Below, in pieces: positions 52,911-64,000 of a stretch of 64,000 bases of DNA. Position 1 is the first letter of the stretch, and each line of letters opens with the position of its first letter. Origin of the DNA: Trichoplax adhaerens (taxonomy: Eukaryota > Animalia > Placozoa). Location of the stretch: positions 7,820,066-7,884,065 of the forward strand of contig NW_002060943.1 in NCBI RefSeq assembly GCF_000150275.1, given 5' to 3'. Under the pieces are notes generated by a model. The model did no database searches. It worked only from the letters and a program-made list of their open reading frames with translations, and was not told the DNA's origin. The position numbers and the translations under genes are program-made.

Positions 52911-54088
52911 GATTCTACCATATCCTGCATTCTATTCATCCAACAAAATAAGCCAATTGTAAACGTTGCAATAAGATGCATCTATTTCTAATGGATGAAG
53001 ATCATGCAACAATAATTTTACCACTTTGAACTATGTATCTGGTTAAGACGCGTAACCTATGAAGCTAAAATTTAATGGATATACTGTAATTTACAAGTTT
53101 TCGTTCTATTCGCCGTATCCGGCCGGTATGTGGCACATACTTGTGTTTATGGAGCAAAAAGGAGTATTGATATTACCTGGGACAATGTAAATTCCCGATT
53201 AACAGTTCCTGAATACCAGTTATACTTGCAATTATACAACCTTACATACCCTTGATGTCTATTTCAAGTAATTTATTTTGTCTAGCTTTGTCTTTAAGAA
53301 ATAAAGATGTAAATGTAAGAACTGTTATAATTACAGTACGTACTCGTATAGTATATGCAACGGTATATCTAAATCATTGTTCACTGTACCAATAGAATTT
53401 GTAAACCGAATTGATATTGTATAATGCATAAGATTTACTTGCATCTAGATTCATTTCCCATCTATTTGTAACAATGAATTGATATTTCTTAGTGTAAATG
53501 AAAATTTTCGGACAATCTAGTAAATGTTTAATGCACTTTGTGACCTTTGAGTTAAACTATTTTCATATCGACATTATTGACCATATCACTGACTCGAAAA
53601 TTTTTTCTGAGCAGCTTCATGTCGGCAACAAATCATTAGGCTGTAATCTTAATATTCGAATTATAACATGAATTACAAATACTGTAACAACATTTTTACT
53701 GAAATAAATAGAATTATCGACCAGTATCTATGGCTGTTAACATTAATTATGCCTTTGAGAGAAATAAAACATGTAAGTTGTTAAGTATTCATAGTATTAT
53801 TTCTTGTCTTTCTTTAATACATATATACTGTATATTCATCTGATGACATATTATGTAGTTACATAATATTAGCATGCCTACTTATACGAAATATCCTTCC
53901 ATAGTAGACTATAACACCATTCTATAATATATTATTATGCTCGTACAGTTAGTAGTTTGATCAAGCTGCGAAGAATAGGATCCTTCTACATAGTACCTGA
54001 TCATGTATATTCATTGTTAATCGGAGGATACGAAACCCGAATCACTAGAATCATGTCCCCACGAAAGATACTTGCGTATTATAGCTTT

Positions 54089-54523
54089 TTAAGCAAGATA
54101 TCTACCTTTCCATTTGCGATCAGCATAGAAACCACCAATCGCAACCTGCAATGTACTACATCCAATAACAAATCCTAATAACGGATTTACTTTTATAGGC
54201 TGAGTAAGTAATTTCAAGATCGCACTTCGATTTGAGCTAGTAAAAAGCCACACCAATGACGGGATAACACTACCACTAACGATCGTAGTAGCAGATCCAC
54301 GCACCAAAGCACAAGCAGGGCAGAATAATTGACCTTGCTCAATAGGTACATCAACCAACTTAATCCAGCACCAACGACTAACACCCCAAGTAGCAAATCC
54401 AGAGCAAAGTATTACTGCTCCTTTGACAACTGGAACGCCGCTAATATTCTTCATAACATAAACTCCGGTGTATAAAGTGCTTACAATACCATTTAAAGCT
54501 GCAATTTTATCGCCAGTATTCAT
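54089..54523 (-). CDS. TMEM126: TMEM126 family mitochondrial inner-membrane protein
   Basis: Four hydrophobic segments, plus LVDVPIEQGQLFCPACALVRG resembling TMEM126A FVSFPLNTGDLDCETCTITRS (CxxC...R). Confidence 0.7.
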   Translation of the reverse strand: MNTGDKIAALNGIVSTLYTGVYVMKNISGVPVVKGAVILCSGFATWGVSRWCWIKLVDVPIEQGQLFCPACALVRGSATTIVSGSVIPSLVWLFTSSNRSAILKLLTQPIKVNPLLGFVIGCSTLQVAIGGFYADRKWKGRYLA

Positions 54524-55539
54524 TTTATCTCATCGGATTTTGGACCAAAACCATAGGAACCCAAATCTATAAAGCAGAAAAGTCTACGTATGAAACAAAG
54601 CTCAACCTACGCAACACAGTGCAATCATAGATAGCTAAAAGGAAATCAAGATAATGTAAAAGTAATACTGGCTATTTTGGGCAATATTACAAATCTACAG
54701 TAGCTTGTAAGCGTGATAGCCTTAACCAAAGCCTACTAGATACTTTACCGAAAGCGTCAAGTGGTCTATGCCTTTAACCTTCGAAACTGCTCATACGTAT
54801 ACATTGAACAATACTTGTAATTTGTAACTTTGCTGTATGTTAAAGTTAACTGAAGGATGGAAAAATAGAAGACAATGAATTACCACATTTTACAGACACA
54901 TTCCACTATAAAATAAATAAATTAACGATACTATGCTGGTAAAGAATATCGTATAGTACCATACATTGCATGCGGCAATGACGAAAATTTACTCCATTTG
55001 CTTCTATCGTTATTTCCACCATGAGATAGAAAGGATCTTTTTATCACTACGATTGCCACAGCGAATCAGCATAATACGACTGTGTAAAACAAAATCTATA
55101 GCATTACACTATATACCAACTGTAACTACTCCATTTCTTTATCTTACTTTACAGTAATTTGGTGGTGGAGAACTGTGATAGGCTGTTATTCGTGCGCATC
55201 TTTCAACATTTCTATTCTAAGGAGTAGCGTTGGATTTCATTTTAATTTTCTGCAAATTCGTTACCTTATTACTCTTGCATTGATATAGAAAGAGTTAATA
55301 CATCATCAGAGCCATCAACCATCATAGAACTAATCATCATTCGTGATGCCTTGAAAGACTATCGTTGCCTAACAGCTTTGCCAAATCATCCAGATCTACA
55401 CAAGTAAATGAGCTCAAGGCTCAATGGAGTCCCAGCAATATTGCAGAGTGTCGACTATCGAGTACAGTTGAAAATGAAGTTTAGTCCAGCAGTGTTATGG
55501 CCTGCAATCACTATTAGTACGCATAGTGCATCCTGTAAC

Positions 55540-55595
55540 AACAACTACTGTAAACTGCATTGTACAGCGTACAGACTACAGTATCGTGTACACTA
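55540..55595. promoter_or_regulatory. TACAG-rich cluster at the probable TMEM126 promoter
   Basis: ctactgtaaactgcattgtacagcgtacagactacagtatcgtgtacac. Confidence 0.4.
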
Positions 55596-58500
55596 GATGG
55601 CGAGCCTTTAGGCAAAATAGTACAATTTTGTCTGGTAAAACTATAGGTAAAACTACTATCCAGGACGTCCATTCGTCATCACCTACTAGTTACTATCTTC
55701 TATAGTTCTATAAATTTAACAGAAATAAAATTAGCTGCTAACTGATCTATGAGATAATTTCATGAACTCTTTCGTTAACTGCATATGTAATAAGATTGCA
55801 TTAAGGCAAATGACTACCATTTCTCTATGCATGCGCGTAAAATTGATTAATTGGATACCTTCGCATGTTTATGCTATACAGTAGCTGGGTGCCATTAGAC
55901 ACATTCAATTGTTAGGAATAAGATCATCCTATTTATTTAATCCTTGATTCTATATATTTTTATATATCATTCAACAAATTATGTCACACTATTAACACTC
56001 ACACCATATTGCACAGTACGTAGATTCGAAACCTGAATTTAAAATAGCTGATACTCATGGAATCCTTGCTTATAATATTAAGCAATAAACTGTGGTGTAT
56101 AAGTTAGTTTTGATTTAACTTTAACATGTACTGTATACTCGTATATGCGTAAAACACAGTTACTTCAGAGACAGTATATTTCAAATTATTATACGCCAAC
56201 AATCAATAAATTTTACAAAGCTCTCCTTTATGCTTAGATTGATTTATAAATGTTTATGATCTTAATTAAATAATGGTCTCCAATGAGCTATTACTGATAC
56301 ATTATATAGTAAACAAAGTAAAATGAACAGCACCTTCGATTGATTAATGATCAACGAGGCAATCATAAACGAATTCGACCAAAACATTCCTTTATAAAAT
56401 AGTCCAAAGTTCATATTATTATTTCTAGTATGAGTGCAATTACAGAATCCATGAAACTTTGTAGCGAAACACCACTATTAAATATACGGTCATATATCAT
56501 GTAAGAAAGGAAGGATTTACAGAAAGTATATACTTCGATTAGAGGCGTGCTTACTACTTCAATATAAATGCAGTGCATAAGAATCCTCAAGTTTAACACC
56601 TGGTAGTCATGTTTACGCAAATAATATTACTATAAAAGTGTAACTGTAATAAATCCGAACGTAGAACAGTATAACTTTGAATGATAAAACGTCAATAAAA
56701 TCCAAGTTAATGCTCATTAAGGTCAAAAATATTAATTAAAATCAGATAATGATTAGCATTAAATAGTTAACCATCATAATAAAACTAGAACTTGGGAGCT
56801 ATCTGCACGACTAATACATGTCAACAATTATACTGTGGGTTCCGAAGTATGCGGAAATGATTAAAGTTTACATTATCAAAGACAGTGTTGTATTATATCT
56901 CTCACAAACTTGAGTTTTAGATTGCGTAAAATTTGAATGTACCGTACGATAGAACATTAAATAACGCCACCGTAGGATTGTAGTTAATAACTTATTGACA
57001 TTCTATAATAATAAGGGCAATGTCATACTTCTTAAGCTTAAAATACGTATAATAATAAACATTAAAGATCTTACTTTTATGTAAATTGCACGTACCCTGC
57101 TACGTACAACTAACAATCGACACAGAGCATCTTTGTGTGAAATACCAATTTAAATTTATATTGATATTATTTCACTAAACATGATAGTACTCTGAGAATG
57201 ATATAAATATACAATTATACATGTACCTATAAAATATATCACGCCATTATAGCTTCAAACTGTAAAAAGCCATACTATATCGCATAAAAATATAAACAAA
57301 TATGTATCTTTCTCAAGCTCTCATTTATATAAGATCAATATAGCTCTAGAATAAGTTTCTAAATATAGATAGTTTTATACATCACCAATGAAAATAAATA
57401 CTCAAATCTATCGTATGCAAAGTAAGCAATAACCTAATCCCATTTTGCACCCGACACTCGTTTATGGAACTTTAAATAACGTAGATTTTCTCTTCATAAT
57501 GGAAGAAAATCTCCTTTTAAACGAAGATACAAGGCGATATTGTAATCAAACCTTGTTCTCGTTAGGATTAAATAAAATATCATCCCTTGCTCTAGAATCA
57601 TTACATAAGTAAATCATACTATATGTAAATCTCAAGACTGCAATGAAATCGTCACGTGATGTTCCATGCCGATGAATAATACATCATAAGTGAGTAATAT
57701 CGGTAAGAACATATTTATGGTAGCAAGACAATGACAAGTCAATAAAATATTTCGCAACTGGATGAATTAAATCAAAAGTACAGCCTCGTCAACGTAACTT
57801 CAGAAAGCCATGCCCAGATGTAAATATTGTAGAAAAGTTTAACGCAGCGTGTGGTACGTTCAACAAGAATCTTACCCTGCATTAAGTAGCAAAACGCCAA
57901 ATTAAATGCAAACAACGGAGATTCTATAATTGACACTAGAACGGACATAATAATTGAAGGAAATATATAAGTATTTTCTGATTAGTTATTTATCTTTACG
58001 TACTGATAGAAAATGAAAATCTGATTATTGTTATGTCATAATAATGGGTACAGTACTAGCTATTTCAAAAATGAATAGCTTCCATGTTTTAATTCCATAT
58101 CAATATAAATAGATCGATATAACAAGATATGGTGCATAGAACGGTCTAGACATACCCCCAAATTAGCAATGCGCATAGGGATTATCATATTATCCTAGAA
58201 TAAAGTGCCTACCTTAATCTATTGACAGCTAGTACGGCCTCCTGTCATAACAGATAATAACCACACACAAATATATATCTATATATATATATATATTATA
58301 ATATGTACTCATTATAGATGAGCTCAATATTATATGATGAAAATAACATAACATAACAACACAGTGATAGATCATTTATTGTCTATCATCCAGTGTCTAA
58401 TATTCTAGACGTGAAGTCCTGACGTTAATAAATATAATAAACATCAATACCCCCAACTGAGCATTCCTTGAATTGTATCTATAGTAACTTGTACTATAGA

Positions 58501-58682
58501 CTCTAGCCATTTCAGTCATCATGGGGAAAGCGGTCCTACTGTCAATACATTTTCCCAGTGATATTAGTTACTGTAGTTGTATTTAAGAACACGTTAGGGC
58601 GGAATCAATTTTGATTTTATTACTTTACAGCAGGGAATACGGACAGTTCGTAAGAAATCGATTTTATCAATCTTCTTCGAAA

Positions 58683-61600
58683 ATGCAGCCAATCAAGATG
58701 GATAGATTGTCTGAATGCCGTCAAAGCATACGGACTACAATCGATGATGAAGAAATTTTAATGTGAGTTAAATATATGACATGTAACAAGAGTTAAAAAG
58801 ATAGCAAAGTAAATTTTTTATTGCTATACCTGTAACTGAATAGAAACGAATGATAGACCAAGTTTACGTTTTGAATAATTAATTTATTCTAGAAAACTAT
58901 CAGTATAACAAATGTTTTAACGATAATCTTGTTATCGAAGGGGTAATTGTAACATTTTGATTTCCTTCATTAAAATCCGTAACTAATTAAGGTCATGAAA
59001 AGATGTAATAGTGCTGAGCTATTAAAACATCTAAACAATTACATAGCATTCTTGGCTATATCTATCAACAGTAAGATTAACTAAAGATCATAGTACAACT
59101 TCTACACTTCTAGCTATCAAAGCCTATTAACTAACTTAATATAAACATGGCAATGTTCATAATCGGATAATGCTTATAAACTAATCTAGGATTTGCGCAT
59201 CTAATGATTTAGATAATAGTTTCCTTTGGAGATGTTGTTTTTATGTAATTTATTTACGTCCTACGATAGAATCTGACCTATTTGAGATAAGTATAATACT
59301 ATAATTTCAACTATTATGTTACTGATGTGAAAACTGAGCAAAATGTATCAGAGTATCAAATTTAGCTCTTTGAAATAAATCATAGTAAGATTCTGCTCTA
59401 TTTTTTACTCATCTATCGGCAAGTAAATCGGAAGGCAAAATAATTTACTCGTATATTAACTCAATAGGAAATGAATATCATTCCTAATATCATAAGCAAA
59501 GGTCTTTGTTTAGCACATTTTAACTTCCTACTTGTAACAAAATTTATGACTAAGCAGGAGACTCGTGTCGACAGTCATAATTACGCGGTAACAGAAGATT
59601 TGTGGACAGTATTATATCATTCACTATTACTCTGCTGACCGAGTGATTCTATTCTTTTAAATAGTATTGATTGAATTTCATCAACAAGACAATGCAGAAT
59701 TGGTATATCCACAAATATTTTTATTAAATCCATTATGCCGCATTTTATACTGTGTAATAGAATCAGCTCGCGTTAGGTGAGAAACAACTGAAAGTCTATC
59801 CATGACTCATCGGAAAAACCTAAACAATGAAACTTAATGGCTAAATTTTACTCATCTACCTTTATATTCTAATATGGTTTGCTTTTAAACCTATTTTTAT
59901 CATCTATCTAGTAACGCATAAGATCCTATCCTTGCGCAATTATGAAAAGCCTCTTTCTAACTAATTTGCTTTTACTGTATCATGTATTAACATTACTATC
60001 CCATTATCCAATCTTAGTTCAGTAAGCGACAGCAATACATCAGTTGCACAAACAAAAGGATATAAGAATATTGTTTAGGAATATAAATATTGTTTTATTG
60101 CTACATAAAATGTCTGATTTAACAAACACTTAAAGAATACGAAGCCGGTAAGCGTAAAGAGTTTTTTATAGGCAGTCAAGGATTAATTCTACTTTAGATA
60201 TACAAAAGCTTTCGTATTAAGACGGTAAAAGAAAAATTACCAAATCTTACAGCCAAGCAACAAGTGCTTAACTAGAGCAAACTTGTACAGTTTGATACAT
60301 TCATTTAAAAAATTGCAACCATTTAACTGACCCTACAATGTATGATATTGCACGTATAAAATAATACAAGTTATGGCCCTGGCTATAAAATGCTTTCTAA
60401 GCAATGTCACTATTTTCTGATTGGCACTTATACTATAGTGATCGCCATTATTTACAAACTTAAAATTTGTACTCGGATAGCTATAGTGTATGTGTCTTTT
60501 ACTTAGTAAATTCCTGCTGGCATCTGAAACATTACAAGCTATAAAACTAGCTGATTTCCCTATATGACAAAATGACTAATCATTTTTTAATTTCCAGATA
60601 GCGCAGATCCTGATCTAATTTCATAAATAATAATCAATAGTAAACTAATGCTTATGCTTATATTTAAAATGTATTTCTCTCAGTGCAGTAATTACTATTT
60701 CGATGCGTTATAATTATTTTCTAATGTATAGTAAACATTTAATCAAAAAGTGAATAATAAAAAGTTTATTAATTATTGTCCCACAGCACCATCTCATCAA
60801 TTTTATGTCTAATTAATATTTTGGTTTGAATTATTTTACTCTGCTTTGCTCATTAAATGTTGTGAAAAGTTTACCTGTTTTATTGTCAAAGTATTCATTT
60901 CTCTCTATTGATTACTACATTTATTTAGAACCCGAGTAGCTCCGTACGCCAGGGCTAATTTTTGGCAGTTATTAACTTTATCATGGATGACCCCTCTGGT
61001 ATGGCTGGGCTACAAACGACCTATAGAAATGGAAGATTTAGGACACTTACCAGCTGTTGATTCCTTTGATGCCAATATTAACCAATTCCAGATATTATGG
61101 GATAAAGAGGTAGCAGCACATGGAATCGAAAAGGCTTCTTTGGGTCGAGTTTTATTTCTTCTTGTGCGGAAAAAATTGCTAAAAACATTTTTGATTTACT
61201 GTCTTGTTCTTACCTGCACAGTTTTGGGACCAGTAAGTATTTTAATCAAGATTTTACTAAATAGTTATCTTCATATTTGATGATTTGCTGATTTACTTTC
61301 AGCTACAATCCACTTCATAAAATTTTATTAGATTCATAGAGAAAGGTGTCGATAAATTGATTCTTTGACATGCAGTCTACTATAATCGAGATTGATTAAA
61401 TTAAGCGAGAATGTCAAATTTAAACACATACTACATCTAATACGAGTAAGAGCAATAGATATGCTGCATACTCATAAGCTTATAAATACAAATACACCTA
61501 AGTGATTAACTGACAAAATGGGTTATCAATTGAGCAACGTCTTCTTTACCTCTAATCAACATCTTACCTACTCATAAATTGTAGTAGTAGCAACGCTTTG

Positions 61601-64000
61601 CGATAGATAGTTAACTATTCATTTGTACTTCAGAGAAAACAGCTGCATTCAAATAATCCTTTTAATTCGTAATTGTGATTTAGCATTCGCATCTTAACGA
61701 GAAATCTGTTCAATTTTATTGACCATCATATTATTAAGGTTATTATTCATCGCCTAATTCAATATACCGAAGGCCAAAACAAAGATGTAGTGGTGGGATC
61801 GATATTGGTACGATAGTCTATAGCTTTACTATTACATGTAGTATTTATTTATCTGTCATGATCTAATAGCAATATGACGTATAGCAATTTTGTGGAATCA
61901 ATTTTAGCTATTACAGTAGTTATCAACTTTACCTAACTTCGCGGTAATAATTATATTTCATTACTAATTCCAGGTAGTATGCATTTTCATCAATGAATCC
62001 ATTAAGAGCTTAACTTTTGCTTTTACGTGGTATTTATCCGTTCGGGCAGGAGTACAAATTAGGTCGATGGCTTTGGCTTTAATATATAACAAGCTACTAA
62101 AGTTAAAGTATACTAGCAAGAGTTCAATAGGCGAAGTAGGAAATAAATTTCTGTGCACGTAGTCATAGCCGGATTTATATCAGTACATTATAATTAACCG
62201 TTTTGCTCCCCTTCTCTTATGTTAACCACCTTTTTATAACTACTTAGCTCACTAACCTTTATGCCAACGATGCACAAAGAATGTTTGAAGCCGTTTTATA
62301 TTTTGCTTTTATATCAGGTAGGGAGATAAACCTAATATTGCTGCCAATAAACTACCATTAGCATAATTGGATAAATTGAATCGTCTCATTTACGGATAAT
62401 AAATGTAAAGAAATATGATAATATTTCTTGATTTAATAGGTGCACCAATTATACCACTATGCGCACTAATTTATTTAACAAGCATTGTCGGCCCAGCTGC
62501 TATTGTTGGCTGTGTAACCTTTGTGTTATTCTATCCAATTCTGGTAATGTTTAGCTACTGTTGACCGATAAAACAATTTCCTATATTATCTATTGTATTT
62601 AGAAGCTATCGTTACAGTCTTTAAGTATTAGCTATGATGTAACTATTATTTTATATTTATTTTATTAGATTGGAGTAGCTCGGTATATAAGTAAACTAAG
62701 GCGATCTACAATCGGTGTAACGGATAAAAGGGTATCAGCAATCTGTTCAGATTTTAATGTCATAAATATCCATTTATAGTACTGTGCATGTAAATCAAAG
62801 AAAGAGAGAAAGCAGACTTAACCTGTTATTTAAAAAATTTTTAAACATAAAATATTTCAGTATCGGTACCTCCTAACTTGACTTTAAAACTAATATTTAC
62901 ATCAGATTCGGTTAATGAACGAGATTTTGACCAATATCAAACTAATCAAGATGAATGTCTGGGAATCTCTATTAATCCAAAGGGTAAAAGGTATATGCAT
63001 AAGTAAATACTTTTAAGCATGCTCCTAGCAATGTTTTTAACATACTTAATGTTATCAGTAATACAATGCGGAATTAGTCCAAAACCTTTTCTGAACAAAC
63101 TTTATGCTTTAATCCTAGAAATTTAAGTTCGGTTAAGAATTTAAAAATGTGTTTTAAATGATTATTTTCTAATATCATGTAGAAGTTAGACAAACAGAAA
63201 CTGAGAGACTGTCCAAAGCGGCACTAACTCAAAGTCTGAGTATATCAGCAATGCCAATAGTACCGGTCATCGCTAGTATTATCACTATTATAACTGCTTT
63301 TGGTCTTGGAACAGGCTTAAAATCATCGCAGGTATGACATAGCATACCGCTATGAATTGGAAATTACCTCTACTATATATATATACATCTTCTACTTTCA
63401 ATTAATATCTGCAATCTATTGTTCGTTTAAAATCAAAGTCATTAGATAGGATTATAATAAACTACACATAAGTTATAATATTATCTCTTTCATATTGCAT
63501 ACTGTACTTAAATTAACAATTTTTCCTGACTAATGCTTTTATATAAAATACTGTAATATTGGGTTCTTATTTTAAATAATTTAAATAGGCATTTGCAGTA
63601 GTCTCTATGTTTAACGCAATGCGATTTACAATGACGACTCTACCGACTGGAATGAAAGCGGTTGCTGAAGCAAATATTGCACTAGGTCGAATCAAGGTTA
63701 TAACTAGCGATGCTTGTTTGATTTCTGTTTAGAGGCAAAGACAAGATTAGAATAATCATCTTGTGTTGACTTAAAATATTGTTAGAATCTACTAGTATTG
63801 AACGAGTACGAGAAATGCATAGAAAGATCAGGTGATGATGACACTGCAATACATATTACAGATGGAACATTTGCATGGACTAAGGTAATATTAGGCTTTC
63901 CTTTTGGTCTGATATGGTTTTGGTTCATTAATGGAATAAATCATTAGTTTAATTATGACACTATTTGAACTTATTGGTCCATACATATATTAATAGACAG
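58683..64000 (+). CDS. ABCC5: ABC transporter subfamily C, ABCC5-like (short MRP without TMD0); truncated by the window end
   Basis: PYARANFWQLLTLSWMTPLVWLGYKRPIEMEDL; LWDKEVAAHGIEKASLGRV; NDAQRMFEA; TDKRIRLMNEILTNIKLIKMNVWE; AIHITDGTFAW just before NBD1. Confidence 0.85.

Noticed and set aside
58272-58302. (TA)n and other short microsatellites (17958 TAGT, 51333 TTTA)
   Set aside because: Ordinary low-complexity DNA.
62732-62906. Possible U12-type intron in ABCC5 (gtatc donor, tcctaac branch-like site)
   Set aside because: Donor gtatcagc departs from the U12 consensus GTATCCTT.

Overview
AT-rich, intron-dense eukaryotic (animal) genomic DNA with two assembly gaps. The compact genes, short introns and gene content suggest an early-branching metazoan, most likely a placozoan (Trichoplax-like); this is inferred, not proven. 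Reading splice sites by hand gives about 15 spliced or single-exon genes: COMMD2, RBMX2, a C2orf50/CIMIP-like gene, ZGPAT, Rap2, an intronless ankyrin-repeat gene, TRAPPC14, a tetraspanin, a two-dsRBD protein, COG6, two tail-to-tail quinone-oxidoreductase paralogs, LAMTOR4, TMEM126 and the 5' part of an ABCC5-like transporter. Non-coding highlights are (i) TACAGTA/TACTGTA clusters just upstream of most housekeeping genes, (ii) a family of tiny CATGGACTA...TAGTCCATG palindromic elements, (iii) several unrelated locus-specific tandem arrays, one with a Helitron-like hairpin+CTRR, a loop micro-inversion and an insertion with 9-bp direct repeats, and (iv) GC-AG introns and a 14-nt microexon shared by two paralogs. 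No tRNA, rRNA, CRISPR array or transposase was seen. Exon coordinates were counted by eye and may be off by a few bases; gene names come from recalled similarity, not from database searches.
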